Positions 52,326 to 62,533 are shown, counted from the stretch's first letter. The stretch: 64,000 nt of DNA from Alphaproteobacteria bacterium (GCA_963667785.2 CAXXMU010000006.1:96001-160000), one strand, 5' to 3'. The notes: a model not told the origin generated them from the sequence alone. Translations and numbers: made by a program.

Positions 52326-53750
52326 ATGAAGTGCGCCATCACCGCAGGAGCCGCCCTCCTCTCCCTCGCCGCGCTGCCGCTGGCGGCGCAGGCGGAGAGC
52401 AACGTCTACGAAGGCTTTCCGGTCACCGTGAAGGGCTATGAAGGCGCGGCGACGACGTCGGTCTCCTACGGCGGCCAGATCGCCCGCCACGTCCTGCAGG
52501 ACTCGCTGAAGAAGCTCGCCGGCACGGGCAGCGGCGCGCCGGACCCCGCGTTGAAGGCGGAGATGATCGCCTACTACGAGGGCAAGGCGCCGGGCCGCGC
52601 GATCGTGGCGCCCACCTCCAAGGGCCCCTTCGTGGTGAGTCAGTCCGCCGTCGACGAGATCAGCAAGGGCAAAGAGCTCGCCGGCAAGACCTACAAGGGT
52701 GCGGTGCCGGGCATGCCCAACAACATGACCGGGCCCGAGCTCGTGTCGTTCTGGATCGACAAGGCGTCCGCCGCGGACAAGGGCGTCGATGCGGCGAACG
52801 GCTACGACTATCCGCAGCTCATCTCGAAGTTCCTGATCGGAGCGGTGTTCTACAACCAGGCGGTGGACAAGTACCTGGACGAGTATCTGCGCGCCGACAC
52901 CAAGCCCAACGACAAGCCCTACAAGGACGGCGCTGCCTACACCGGCAAGGAGCATTCCTGGGACGAGGCGTTCGGCTACTTCGGCACGCCCGCGCACACG
53001 CTCTCGCTCACGCCTAAGGCGGTCTACGAGATCGCCAAGCGAGGCAGCAAGTCGGAGACGCCGGAGGATGCGCTCGCCTACGCCGACTTCGACAAGGACG
53101 GCGCGGTCGACCTCAAGACCGAGATGACCTTCGCGCCCGCCTACTATGCCGCCTCCTTCGACAAGTCGGGCACCGACTACCTCCACACCATCACCCGCGC
53201 CTTCCTCGACGGCCGCCGGCTGATCGCGGACGCCGACGGCGCCGCCCTCAGCGACGCCCGGCGCAGCGCGCTCGAGGGCCATGCCGAGACGATCCGGACC
53301 AACTGGAAGAAGGTGCTCGCCGAGGCGGTCTTCAAGTACGCGGGCTCCGTCTACAAGGACCTGGGCAAGCTCGAAATCATTCTCGACGCCAGCGGCGACC
53401 CCGCCGAGGCCTTCCGCGCCTACCTCAAGCACTGGGGCGAGCTGAAGGGCTTCGCGCTCGCGCTCCAGACCGGCCGCGACAATCTGGGTGAGACGGCGGT
53501 CCGGCTCAACCGCATCATCGGCTTCGGCCCCGTGCTGCCCAACGCGAGCCAGGTCACGGACATCGACAGCCAGGGCAACTACGTGAAGGACGAGTCCAAG
53601 CCTCTCTCCACGTACCAGTACGACATGCTGAAGCTGCAGGCGCTCATGGTCTCCGCCTTCGGCGTGGAGGCCCGTCAGAACGATCAGCGCGCCGCGCTGG
53701 AATCGCTGCTCGAGAAGCTCGGCGACGGCGCAAGCGCGGAGAACGACTGA
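52326..53750 (+). CDS. Exported DUF4856-like protein
   Basis: Signal peptide ending AQA; SYGGQIAR, YPQLISKFL.GAVFY.Q, EHSWDEAFGYFG, HWGELKGF; DFDKDG Ca-loop. Confidence 0.75.
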   Translation: MKCAITAGAALLSLAALPLAAQAESNVYEGFPVTVKGYEGAATTSVSYGGQIARHVLQDSLKKLAGTGSGAPDPALKAEMIAYYEGKAPGRAIVAPTSKGPFVVSQSAVDEISKGKELAGKTYKGAVPGMPNNMTGPELVSFWIDKASAADKGVDAANGYDYPQLISKFLIGAVFYNQAVDKYLDEYLRADTKPNDKPYKDGAAYTGKEHSWDEAFGYFGTPAHTLSLTPKAVYEIAKRGSKSETPEDALAYADFDKDGAVDLKTEMTFAPAYYAASFDKSGTDYLHTITRAFLDGRRLIADADGAALSDARRSALEGHAETIRTNWKKVLAEAVFKYAGSVYKDLGKLEIILDASGDPAEAFRAYLKHWGELKGFALALQTGRDNLGETAVRLNRIIGFGPVLPNASQVTDIDSQGNYVKDESKPLSTYQYDMLKLQALMVSAFGVEARQNDQRAALESLLEKLGDGASAEND

Positions 53751-53806
53751 GGCCCGGCTGCTACGCGCGGCGACGAACCCCGCGGCGGGATGCCGGAGGC
53801 GGCGCG

Positions 53807-54883
53807 GTGGATTCGCTCGTCATCGACTATCTCGGCGAGCTGACCGGGAGCTTCGTCGATCCGAAGAAGCGCGTCTTCGCCGGCTACCTCGTGGGCGCGC
53901 TCGCCATCGCCTGCGTCGTGATGCTCGGCGCCGCGGGCTGGAACCTGCGCGCCGGCGTGGCGGCGAGCCGCAGGCTGCTCTTCGCCCGCTCGATCTGGTG
54001 GTCGGCGTCCGCCCGCGCCGACTACAAGATGCTCGCGGTCAACCAGGCGCTGATGATGGCGCTCGGGCCGCGCCTGGCGGGCCGCATGGCGCTCGCCACC
54101 GCGCTGTTCGCCGGCCTGCACACGGCGCTCGGCGGGCGTGCGGACGCAGGCGCGGCGCTGCCTGCATGGCTCGTCGTCGCGGGCTTCACGCTCAGCCACT
54201 TCCTGCTGGACGACCTCTCGAAGTATCTCGTCCACCGGGCGCTGCATCGCTGGCCGCTGCTCTGGGCGTTCCACAAGGTCCATCACTCGGCGACGACGCT
54301 TACCCCGCTCACGGTCTATCGCACCCATCCGCTGGAGGCGGTGCTCTTCACCCTGCGCGGCACCGCGGTGCAGGCCACCGTGGTCGCGGTCTTCGTCTTC
54401 TTCTTCGGCAACGCGGTGGACCTCTTCACCGTCCTCGGCGCCAACATCCTCCTGTTCGCCTTCAACGCGGCGGGCGCGAACCTGCGCCACTCGCACGTCC
54501 GCATCGGCTACAGGCGGCGCATCGAGAGGGTGCTGATGTCGCCGGCCCAGCACCAGATCCACCATTCCGTGGACGAGCGCCACCACGACCGGAACTTCGG
54601 CACGGTCCTCTCCCTCTGGGACTGGCTCGGCGGCACGCTGTGTCTCGCCGAGAGGGGCGAGGAGATCCGCTTCGGCCTGTCACGCGGGGTGCCGGAGGAG
54701 GCGAACAGCCTGTGGGCGCTCTACCTGAGGCCGGTCGCCGAGGCGGCCCTGGTGCTCCGTGGCGGCGCGGACCGGGCCGGCGGCCTCGCGCGCCGTCTGG
54801 CGCGGACACGGGTGCGCCCTTCCGCTCGATGCTCCCCGTCCCTCCCCCGCTCGCTGCCCGCAGGCCGCCGCCGCGCTTGCTAG
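53807..54883 (+). CDS. Sterol desaturase / fatty acid hydroxylase family di-iron membrane protein
   Basis: His boxes HRALH, HKVHH, RHSH, HQIHH; NFG...WD..GT. Confidence 0.9.
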   Translation: MDSLVIDYLGELTGSFVDPKKRVFAGYLVGALAIACVVMLGAAGWNLRAGVAASRRLLFARSIWWSASARADYKMLAVNQALMMALGPRLAGRMALATALFAGLHTALGGRADAGAALPAWLVVAGFTLSHFLLDDLSKYLVHRALHRWPLLWAFHKVHHSATTLTPLTVYRTHPLEAVLFTLRGTAVQATVVAVFVFFFGNAVDLFTVLGANILLFAFNAAGANLRHSHVRIGYRRRIERVLMSPAQHQIHHSVDERHHDRNFGTVLSLWDWLGGTLCLAERGEEIRFGLSRGVPEEANSLWALYLRPVAEAALVLRGGADRAGGLARRLARTRVRPSARCSPSLPRSLPAGRRRAC

Positions 54884-54940
54884 CGCCCCCGATCCAAACG
54901 ACAATCGGGCGACGGTTGGGTACAGGGCGAACGGGGCTCC

Positions 54941-56437
54941 ATGCGTCGCGACTCGCTGGGCAGGCAGGCCGGGGCCGATGGCGACGGCCCGGCCGCGGGA
55001 GAGCGCCTCTTCGCCGGGTACGAGACCCACCCGGCGTTCTACGACGAGATGTTCCGGGCCACCGGCGAGCCGCGCGCTCATTGCCGGGAACTCTGTGAGG
55101 CGCTCGACGGCATGCCGGCGGCCGAGATCGCCGCCATGCAGGAGCACGCCGAGCGCTCCTTCCTGCATCAGGGAATCACCTTCGCGGTCTACGGCGAGGA
55201 GGGCGCGCAGGAGCGCATCATCCCGATCGACTTCCTGCCGCGGCTCCTCGACGCGGACGACTGGGACGTGGTCGAGCGCGGGCTGCGGCAGCGGCTGGAG
55301 GCGCTGAACCGCTTCCTCGCCGACGTCTACGGTCCGGGCCGGATCCTCGCGGACGGGGTCGTGCCGGTGGACATGGTGCGCGGCTGCCCGCAATACCGCG
55401 TGGAGATGCAGGGCCTGGAGGTGCCGCACGGCGTCTATGTCGCGCTCTGCGGCACCGACATCGTCAGGACCAATGACGGCTTCGTGGTGCTGGAGGACAA
55501 TCTGCGCGTGCCCTCCGGCGTCTCCTACATGCTGGCCAACCGGCGGGCGCTGAAGACCAGCCTGCGCAACCTGTTCCGCCGCCACCATGTGCGCGGCATC
55601 GAGCATTACGCGCAACTGCTGCGCCAGACCCTGGCCGAGCTCGCCCCGCCGGGCGTCTCCGACCCCTGCATCGTCCTGCTCACGCCCGGCGTCTACAACT
55701 CGGCCTTCTACGAGCACATGTTCCTGGCCCAGGAGATGGGCGTGGAGCTCGTGCAGGGCAGCGACCTGCTGGTCCACAACGGCTTCGTCTACATGCGGAC
55801 CACCGCGGGGCTGAGGCGCGTGGACGTGATCTACCGCCGCATCGACGACGACTTCATCGACCCGCTCGCGTTCAGGTCCGATTCGCAGCTCGGCACCCCC
55901 GGCCTCTTCTACGCCTACCGGCTCGGCAACGTGACCATCGCCAACGCGCCGGGGACCGGCGTCGCCGACGACAAGAGCGTCTATTCCTACGTGCCCGACA
56001 TGATCCGCTACTATCTCGGCGAGGAGCCGCTGCTCGCCAACGTCGAGACCCATCTCTGCCGCGAGCCGGAGGGGCTCGCCTACACCCTCGACAATCTGGA
56101 GACGCTCGTCGTCAAGATGGTGGGCGAATCCGGCGGCTACGGCATGCTGGTGGGCCCCCACGCGACGCCCGCCGAGCGCGCGGCCTACGCCGACGAGATC
56201 AGGAAGGACCCGGACAACTTCATCTCCCAGCCGGTGCTCGATCTCTCGGTCTCGCCCTGCCTCACGGAGGGCGGCGCTGCGCCCCGGCACGTCGACCTCC
56301 GCCCCTTCGTGCTGCGCGGGCGCGAGACCCGCCTCGTTCCCGGCGCCTTCTGCCGGGTGGCCCTCGTCGAGGGCTCGCTCGTGGTCAATTCGAGCCAGGG
56401 CGGCGGCGGCAAGGACCTCTGGGTGCTCTCGCGCTAG
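54941..56437 (+). CDS. Circularly permuted type 2 ATP-grasp protein
   Basis: YDEM, GITF.VY, LEDNLRVPSG.SY, YRRIDD, GVADDK, HVDLRP, NSSQGGG.KD.W. Confidence 0.93.
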   Translation: MRRDSLGRQAGADGDGPAAGERLFAGYETHPAFYDEMFRATGEPRAHCRELCEALDGMPAAEIAAMQEHAERSFLHQGITFAVYGEEGAQERIIPIDFLPRLLDADDWDVVERGLRQRLEALNRFLADVYGPGRILADGVVPVDMVRGCPQYRVEMQGLEVPHGVYVALCGTDIVRTNDGFVVLEDNLRVPSGVSYMLANRRALKTSLRNLFRRHHVRGIEHYAQLLRQTLAELAPPGVSDPCIVLLTPGVYNSAFYEHMFLAQEMGVELVQGSDLLVHNGFVYMRTTAGLRRVDVIYRRIDDDFIDPLAFRSDSQLGTPGLFYAYRLGNVTIANAPGTGVADDKSVYSYVPDMIRYYLGEEPLLANVETHLCREPEGLAYTLDNLETLVVKMVGESGGYGMLVGPHATPAERAAYADEIRKDPDNFISQPVLDLSVSPCLTEGGAAPRHVDLRPFVLRGRETRLVPGAFCRVALVEGSLVVNSSQGGGGKDLWVLSR

Positions 56438-56441
56438 CGGA

Positions 56442-57416
56442 ATGCTTTCGCGCAACGCCCAGGGCCTCTACTGGATGGGCCGCCACCTCGAGCGGGCGCG
56501 CCACGGCTGCCGCCTGCTGTCGGAGCAGCTCGCGTCCATGGAGGACCGGCCGGTCGAGCAGATCGAGCAGAGCTGGCGGCGGCTCTACCGGGCCATCGGC
56601 CGCACCCCGCTCGGCGGTCACATGGACGCGTTCCCCGGCGACGAGGACTTCATGCTGGCGGACGCCTATACCCTGGTGGACGATCTGACCTTCGAGCCCA
56701 CCAATCCCGACGCGATCCGCAACTGCGTCGGCAGCGCGCGCGAGAACGCACGGCAGGTCCGCAACACCATCGGCAACAGGATGTGGTCCTGCCTCAACCT
56801 CGCCTATCTGGACCTGCGCGACGTGGAGATCGAGTCCATCTGGAGCGACCGGCCCGGCGCGTTCTATGTCCGCACCGAGGATGCCATCCGCACCTTCACC
56901 GGCATCGCCGACCACGCCATGTACCGCGACGACGGCTGGCACTTCCTCAGGCTTGGCTGGTTCGTGGAGCGGGCGCAGCTCGTCGCCGCGCTGGTGGATG
57001 CGCATATCGCGATCTATCCGACCGGCACCCCTCACGCCGAGTCCGACTGGCGCTCCCTGCTGCGGATCTGCGAGGCGCACTTCGCCTACCGCGACCAGCA
57101 CGCCCTCGACCACCGGCCGAGCCGCATCGTCGACTTCCTGGTGGCCGACCCGCTGCTCGCGCACTCGGTCCGCCACACGCTGAGGCAGGTCGGGGATGCG
57201 CTCGATGCCGTCTCCGCCGGCCGGCCGCTGGAGATCGAGGCCGGACGCCGCGCCGGCCGGATGGCAGCCAGCATCGACCATGACTGGCCCAACCGCGACC
57301 CGGACGACGACGACGCCACGCGCGCGGCGCTCCAGGGCATCGGCGAGGCCTGCCGGCACCTGCACGACGACATCGCGGCCACCTACTTCAACTACGAGAT
57401 CGAGGATTCGCCGTGA
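56442..57416 (+). CDS. Alpha-E domain protein
   Basis: MLSR.A..LYWMGR.LERA, ARENARQVR, second ER motif LGWFVERA. Confidence 0.9.
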   Translation: MLSRNAQGLYWMGRHLERARHGCRLLSEQLASMEDRPVEQIEQSWRRLYRAIGRTPLGGHMDAFPGDEDFMLADAYTLVDDLTFEPTNPDAIRNCVGSARENARQVRNTIGNRMWSCLNLAYLDLRDVEIESIWSDRPGAFYVRTEDAIRTFTGIADHAMYRDDGWHFLRLGWFVERAQLVAALVDAHIAIYPTGTPHAESDWRSLLRICEAHFAYRDQHALDHRPSRIVDFLVADPLLAHSVRHTLRQVGDALDAVSAGRPLEIEAGRRAGRMAASIDHDWPNRDPDDDDATRAALQGIGEACRHLHDDIAATYFNYEIEDSP

Positions 57417-58381
57417 TCGAGCCCGGACCGCGGCGCTTCCTGGTCGAGCATCTCTCCGACTTCCGTTACGGAGAGCCCGCCCAGGGCAGCCTGATGGTGT
57501 TGCGCCTCCGCCCGCGCGAGGACTGCGGGCAGCGGGTGGCCTCGTTCGGGCTCGACATCGATCCCGCCGCCGCGCCCGCGCCCTTCACCGACCCCTTCGG
57601 CAACGCCTGCCACCTCTTCAACATTCATCGCGAGCACAGGCACACCGCCGTGCGCTCGAAGGCAGAGGTCGAGACCGTCGAGACGCCGCCCCTGCCCGAG
57701 AGCCTCGGCGCGGGCGCGTGGGAGGCGCTGGACGACGGCACGGCCCGCCTCCGGCACTGGGAGTTCCTGAACCCCAGCCACTTCGCGCGGCCGAGCCCGG
57801 CGCTGGTAGCCTTCACCGAGGCCAGGGGCATCCGCCGCGCCGGCGATCCGCTGGCTGCGCTGCGCGAGACGGCCGCCACGCTGCACGCGGCGTTCCGCTA
57901 CGAGCCCGGCAGCACCACGGTCGATTCGCCCATCGAGCACATCCTGGAGACCGGTCGCGGCGTCTGCCAGGACTACACCCACGTGCTGATCGCCATTGCC
58001 CGCTCGTGGGGCGTTCCGAGCCGCTACGTCTCGGGCTACCTGCATCGCGAGGGCGCGCCGGGCGAGCAGACGCCCGCCGGCGCGAGCCACGCCTGGGCCG
58101 AGTTCCTGCTGCCCGATCTGGGCTGGATCGGCATCGACCCGACCAACGACACCTTCGCCGACCACCGCCACGTCCGCATCGCCGTCGGCCGCGACTATGC
58201 CGATGCGGCCCCGACCAGGGGTGCGGTGTTCGGCGGCGGCGAGTCCCGGCTGGAGGTGCGGGTCACGGTGACCGAGAGCGAGGAGCCGGTGTCGGCGGCG
58301 CCTGCGCCGCGCGCCGAGCGGCCGAACATTCGCGATGTCGCGCCGACCCCGCAGGTGCCCCGCGCCAGCGCCGATCAGTAG
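57413..58381 (+). CDS. Transglutaminase-like protein
   Basis: GVCQDYTH, RYVSGYL, SHAW, DPTN, GRDY.D. Confidence 0.93.
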   Translation: MIEPGPRRFLVEHLSDFRYGEPAQGSLMVLRLRPREDCGQRVASFGLDIDPAAAPAPFTDPFGNACHLFNIHREHRHTAVRSKAEVETVETPPLPESLGAGAWEALDDGTARLRHWEFLNPSHFARPSPALVAFTEARGIRRAGDPLAALRETAATLHAAFRYEPGSTTVDSPIEHILETGRGVCQDYTHVLIAIARSWGVPSRYVSGYLHREGAPGEQTPAGASHAWAEFLLPDLGWIGIDPTNDTFADHRHVRIAVGRDYADAAPTRGAVFGGGESRLEVRVTVTESEEPVSAAPAPRAERPNIRDVAPTPQVPRASADQ

Positions 58382-58403
58382 AGCGGCCGAGGGAGCCGGG
58401 GCT

Positions 58404-58616
58404 CTAGCGTCCTGTTTCCGAAGTTGGCATGACTTCGGGTTGACCGTGCAGTCTTCCCGACCCGGCAAGTCCTCTCGTCATGCCCGGACTTGTTCCGGGC
58501 ATCCATGTTCTTTGTTGCTGACGAATGAATGACTCGTGGATGGCCGGGACAAGCCCGGCCATGACGTGCAGGGGGCACCTCGTCGACGCGGTCGAACGTC
58601 TCGATCGGGACGCTAG
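58404..58616. mobile_element. MITE-like element family B, copy 4 (complete, CTAG at both ends)
   Basis: CTAGCGTCCTGTTTCCGAAGTT ... AACGTCTCGATCGGGACGCTAG with the CGTC double-hairpin core. Confidence 0.85.
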
Positions 58617-60289
58617 TGCCGGAAGCGGTCGAGCACGTGACCGGGGGGCGGGACGTCGCGGTAGCCGTCCTCGTCGTAGACCCCGGTGCCGTTGACCCAG
58701 ACCCCGTGCACCCCGCTCGCCTCGCGGATCAGGCGGCTCTCGCCGCCGGGCAGGTCGTCCACGCGCCTGATCGCGCCGCGCCCCACCGTCGCCGGGTCGA
58801 AGAGCATGAGGTCCGCGAACTTGCCGGGCGCGATCTCGCCGCGATCGGCGATGCCGTAGAGCTGCGCCGGCAGGCTGGTGATCCGCCTGATACCGTCGGC
58901 CAGGTCGAACACACCCTTGTCGCGCACCCAGTGGCCCAGCAGGTGCAGGCCGTAGCCGGCATCGCACAGGTAGCAGAGATGGGCGCCGGCGTCCGACAGG
59001 CTGATGATGCCGGCGTCGTGGCGCAGCAGCCCCTCCACCGCCGCCTCGTCGGCGTTGAGCAGGGCGGCGTTGAAGGTGGTGCCCAGCCTCTCGTCCACGG
59101 CGAGGTCGAACATCACGTCGACCGGATCGCGGCCCTCGCGCCCGGCGATGGCCTCGATGGTCTCGCCCTCCAGCGGCCGGTGCGCCGGCGTCGCCGCCAT
59201 CGCCACCTCGACGCGCCGCCAGTCGCCGTAAAAAATCTTGCCCTGCTGCGGCTTCTCCAGGTCCTCGCGGAAGCGGTTGCGGAAGTCCGCGCTCGCGATG
59301 ATCGCGAGAAAATCGTCGTCCGAGGCGGTGTGCAGCGGCTCCCAGGCATCCAGGCTCTGCAGCGGGAACGCGGTGCGCATGGAAAAATCCATGCGGAGCG
59401 GCTGGCACGAGACCTGGGCCCACACCGCGTTGCCGCGGCTCTGGGCGGCGGCCGCGTCGTCGAGCATGCCGATGGCCCGCTCCGGGAAGGTCTCGTTGTG
59501 CAGCGCCGCGGTCATGAACACCGGCCGGCCCGTCTCGGCAGCCATGCTCTCGAGCCTCTCCACCGTCATGGCGGGGCCGACGGTGAGCTGGAAGATGCCG
59601 CGCTCGAGCTCGCCGAGCACGCCGACGAGCGTGCGCAGCTCGTCGTCGTCCGCCAGCCGCGACGGCATCGGCACGCCGCCGTCGCCGTTGTGGTTGATGG
59701 AGGTCGAGGTGGCGAAGCCGATCGCGCCGGCCTCCATCGCCTCCTTCACGATGGCGCGCATGGCGGCGATCTCGTCCGCGCTGGCCGTCCGCTCCGAGGC
59801 CTCGGCCCCCAGCACGGTGGTGCGCACCGCCGAATGGCCGACGAAGACGCCGGCGTTGGGATAGCACCCCTTGCGCCTGAGCAGCGCCAGGTACTCGGGG
59901 AAGCTCTCGAAGCCCCAGTCGATCCCCGCCTCCAGCGCGGCGATGGACATGCCCTCCACCTCGGCCAGGTTGCGGGCCATCTGCTCGCGCCGCTCGGGCG
60001 GACAGGGGGCGATGCTGAAGCCGCAGTTGCCCATCACCACCGTGGTGACGCCGAGCGCCGGCGAGGGCGTCGCCCGGCTCTCCCAGGTGAGCTGGGCGTC
60101 GTAGTGGGTGTGCACGTCGACGATGCCGGGCGCCAGCACGAGGCCGTCCGCGTCCACCGTCTGCCGCGCGCTCTCGGTCACGTCGCCGACCTCGGCGATG
60201 CGCTCGCCGCTGACCGCGACATCGGCGCGGATGAGCGGATTGCCCGCGCCGTCCGCCATCATCGCACCCCGAATCACGAGATCATGCAT
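58613..60289 (-). CDS. N-acyl-D-amino-acid deacylase family amidohydrolase
   Basis: PGIVDVHTHYD, GVTTVVMGNCG, SDAGAH, G.IAPGKFADL. Confidence 0.9.
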   Translation of the reverse strand: MHDLVIRGAMMADGAGNPLIRADVAVSGERIAEVGDVTESARQTVDADGLVLAPGIVDVHTHYDAQLTWESRATPSPALGVTTVVMGNCGFSIAPCPPERREQMARNLAEVEGMSIAALEAGIDWGFESFPEYLALLRRKGCYPNAGVFVGHSAVRTTVLGAEASERTASADEIAAMRAIVKEAMEAGAIGFATSTSINHNGDGGVPMPSRLADDDELRTLVGVLGELERGIFQLTVGPAMTVERLESMAAETGRPVFMTAALHNETFPERAIGMLDDAAAAQSRGNAVWAQVSCQPLRMDFSMRTAFPLQSLDAWEPLHTASDDDFLAIIASADFRNRFREDLEKPQQGKIFYGDWRRVEVAMAATPAHRPLEGETIEAIAGREGRDPVDVMFDLAVDERLGTTFNAALLNADEAAVEGLLRHDAGIISLSDAGAHLCYLCDAGYGLHLLGHWVRDKGVFDLADGIRRITSLPAQLYGIADRGEIAPGKFADLMLFDPATVGRGAIRRVDDLPGGESRLIREASGVHGVWVNGTGVYDEDGYRDVPPPGHVLDRFRH

Positions 60290-60373
60290 GGCCCGAACCG
60301 TTGCCTCCCAGGATAGGACCGCCCGGCCGCGAGGCCCGCCGCGCAGCGCCTGCGCGCGGACCGCAGGCGGGCG

Positions 60374-61003
60374 TCAGGGGTTTGCAGGAACCGTCACGCC
60401 GATGAGGCAGTCGCGCGTCACCAGCGCCGCCAGGCGCCCGCGCTCCCAGCCCTCGGTGCCGGCGGGGCGGCGGGGCAGCACGATATAGCGCATGTCGGCG
60501 GTCGAATCGTGCACCCGCACCGTGACGTCGTCGGCAATCTCGGTGCCGAACTCGCGGAGGACGGCGCGGGGCTCGCGCACCACCCGCGAGCGGTAGGCCT
60601 TCGCCTTGTACCAGTCCGGCGGCAGGCCGAGCAGGTTGCGCGGATAGCAGGAGCAGAGGGTGCAGACGATCACGTTGTGCACCTCTGCGGTGTTCTCGAC
60701 GGCGATGAGCCGGGTCGGCCCGATGTCGATGCCGAGCCGCGCGCAGGCCGCGCTGCCGTCCGCCAGCAGCGCCTCCCTGAAGGCGGGATCGGTCCAGGCC
60801 ACGGCCACCACCCCGGCGCCGGCCGCAGGGCTGCGGGCGTCCATGGTCTCGATCGCGGCGCGCACGTCGTCGGCGCCGAAGATGCCCTTCTCGATCAGGA
60901 GCTCGCGCACCGCGATCTCCATGGTCTGGTAGTAGCTGAGCGGGCCGTCCTCGTCGGGCGGCGGCGCGTGGTCGTGGCCGTGATCGTGGGGATGGGTCGC
61001 CAT
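60374..61003 (-). CDS. Cobalt-type nitrile hydratase alpha / thiocyanate hydrolase gamma-like subunit
   Basis: VCTLCSCY (Co-type), GLPPDWYK, YRSR.VREPR, DSTAD.RY.VLP.RP; His-rich N-terminus. Confidence 0.93.
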   Translation of the reverse strand: MATHPHDHGHDHAPPPDEDGPLSYYQTMEIAVRELLIEKGIFGADDVRAAIETMDARSPAAGAGVVAVAWTDPAFREALLADGSAACARLGIDIGPTRLIAVENTAEVHNVIVCTLCSCYPRNLLGLPPDWYKAKAYRSRVVREPRAVLREFGTEIADDVTVRVHDSTADMRYIVLPRRPAGTEGWERGRLAALVTRDCLIGVTVPANP

Positions 61004-61006
61004 CGC

Positions 61007-61297
61007 TCACTCCGTCGCGGGCTCGAGCCAGTGCTCGTAGAGCTCGATGTCGATGGTATCGCCGGCCGGGCCGTCGTAATCGGGCCAGAGCGCGGTCTGG
61101 GCAAAGCGCACCCGGTAGAGAGTCCGCCTGGGCCCGTCGCGCCGCCCGAAGGCGAGCTCCTCGGGATTGCCGAAGTCACCGCAGATGCGCTCCACCGCGC
61201 CCTCCGCGCCGCGCGCGTAATAGGGGGTGCGGATGTGGCCGAGCGGAAAAGCGCGGCGCACCGCCACCTTCTCGCCTACGGCGAAGCGGGCGCTCAT
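61007..61297 (-). CDS. Nitrile hydratase beta C-terminal SH3-like half (ScnA-like)
   Basis: MSARFAVGEKV, GHIRTPYYARG, LYRVRF, ELYEHWLE; ATGA overlap with the upstream gene. Confidence 0.85.
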   Translation of the reverse strand: MSARFAVGEKVAVRRAFPLGHIRTPYYARGAEGAVERICGDFGNPEELAFGRRDGPRRTLYRVRFAQTALWPDYDGPAGDTIDIELYEHWLEPATE

Positions 61298-61629
61298 CGG
61301 CCGGCGCCCTCCTCCCCGCGCGCCTCGACCTCGGCCATGCGGCGGCCGAGCTCGTCCGAGGAGATGATTCCCTTGTTCAGCAGGGTGTTGGTCATCGAGG
61401 CCATCCAGCGCTCGTAGTAGCTCATGGAGTCGTAGGCCTCGGCGCCGAGCTGCTCGATGCCGCGGCGAAGCTCGTCCACGCCGACGATCCCGCGCCCCTG
61501 GCCGCCGAGCAGCACCATCAGCGCGTCGACCCGCTTCTCCCAGAGCGCATGCGCGTGCTCCGCCCGCTCGACGCGGTCTGCGGGCAGCCCGCCGATATCG
61601 TGGCAGCCGCGCCCCGGATCGTCGCTCAT
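61294..61629 (-). CDS. Nitrile hydratase beta N-terminal half (ScnB-like)
   Basis: HDIGG, WEKR, DELRRGIE, SYYERW. Confidence 0.85.
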   Translation of the reverse strand: MSDDPGRGCHDIGGLPADRVERAEHAHALWEKRVDALMVLLGGQGRGIVGVDELRRGIEQLGAEAYDSMSYYERWMASMTNTLLNKGIISSDELGRRMAEVEARGEEGAGR

Positions 61630-61713
61630 GCCGGCCCCTCCCCGCGTCCAACTCGCGGGCCACGATAGAATCAGCCCCGCCGGGGGACAAGGCGGCACGG
61701 CAGGCCGCGGCTC

Positions 61714-62532
61714 TCAGTCGTCCGGCACGCCGAGGCGGAGCGCGCCGACCCGGATCAGCAGGTAGATGACGAACAGGAGGGCGAAGACCAGCGCGTTGAC
61801 GATCGTCGCCAGCGCGTAGAGCTCGGGCTCGATCCCGTGGCGCAGGGTTCCCCAGGCGATGGTCGGCAGGGTGGGTATCGCCGCCACGTTGTAGAAGGTG
61901 ATCTCGAAGTTGTTGAAGCCCAGGATGAAGCTGATGATGAAGGCGCCGAGGACGGCCGGCCAGATGTTCGGGAACGTGACCTCCCGGAAGGTGCGGAGCG
62001 GCCTGGCGCCGAACACCTGGGCCACCTCGTCGAAGCGCCAGTCGTAGCGCACGAGCTGCGCCAGGATCACGAGAAAGGCGAAGGAGACGCTGTAGGTCGT
62101 GTTGGCCACGATCGCCGATTCGATGTTGCCGGGGATGCCGAGCACGTTGCGGTTGAACATCAGCGTCGAGATCCCGATCAGGATCTGGGCGACGAAGAGC
62201 GGCGCGAGGAACAGGACCGCGATCGCCCCCCGCCGGCGCACCGGATAGCGCAGGAGCCCGATCGCCGCGGCCGTGGCGAACAGCGTGGACAGCAGGGCGG
62301 TGCCGATGCCGATCAGAACGCTGTTCAGCAGGCCCACGTGGAAATCGCTCATGATCATGAGACGGCCGTACCACTCGCCCGTGAACACCGGCGGGAACGG
62401 CCACACGTTGTTCTCCATCACCGACAGGTAGCCGATGTAGAAGATGGGGAAGTAGAGGAACGCGTAGAGCGCCAGCAGCATCACGGTCTGGCCGCCGATC
62501 ACGAAGCGCGCGCCGGGGTTCACGGCGGCCAT
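61714..62532 (-). CDS. PotC-like ABC permease
   Basis: AFLYFPI, WY, NS..I, DEVAQVFGA EAA-like loop. Confidence 0.88.
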   Translation of the reverse strand: MAAVNPGARFVIGGQTVMLLALYAFLYFPIFYIGYLSVMENNVWPFPPVFTGEWYGRLMIMSDFHVGLLNSVLIGIGTALLSTLFATAAAIGLLRYPVRRRGAIAVLFLAPLFVAQILIGISTLMFNRNVLGIPGNIESAIVANTTYSVSFAFLVILAQLVRYDWRFDEVAQVFGARPLRTFREVTFPNIWPAVLGAFIISFILGFNNFEITFYNVAAIPTLPTIAWGTLRHGIEPELYALATIVNALVFALLFVIYLLIRVGALRLGVPDD

Positions 62533-62533
62533 G

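Noticed and set aside
54760-54940. Low-complexity tail of the desaturase as a remnant of a frameshifted fusion
   Set aside because: No recognisable domain in any frame; a lost stop codon explains it equally well.
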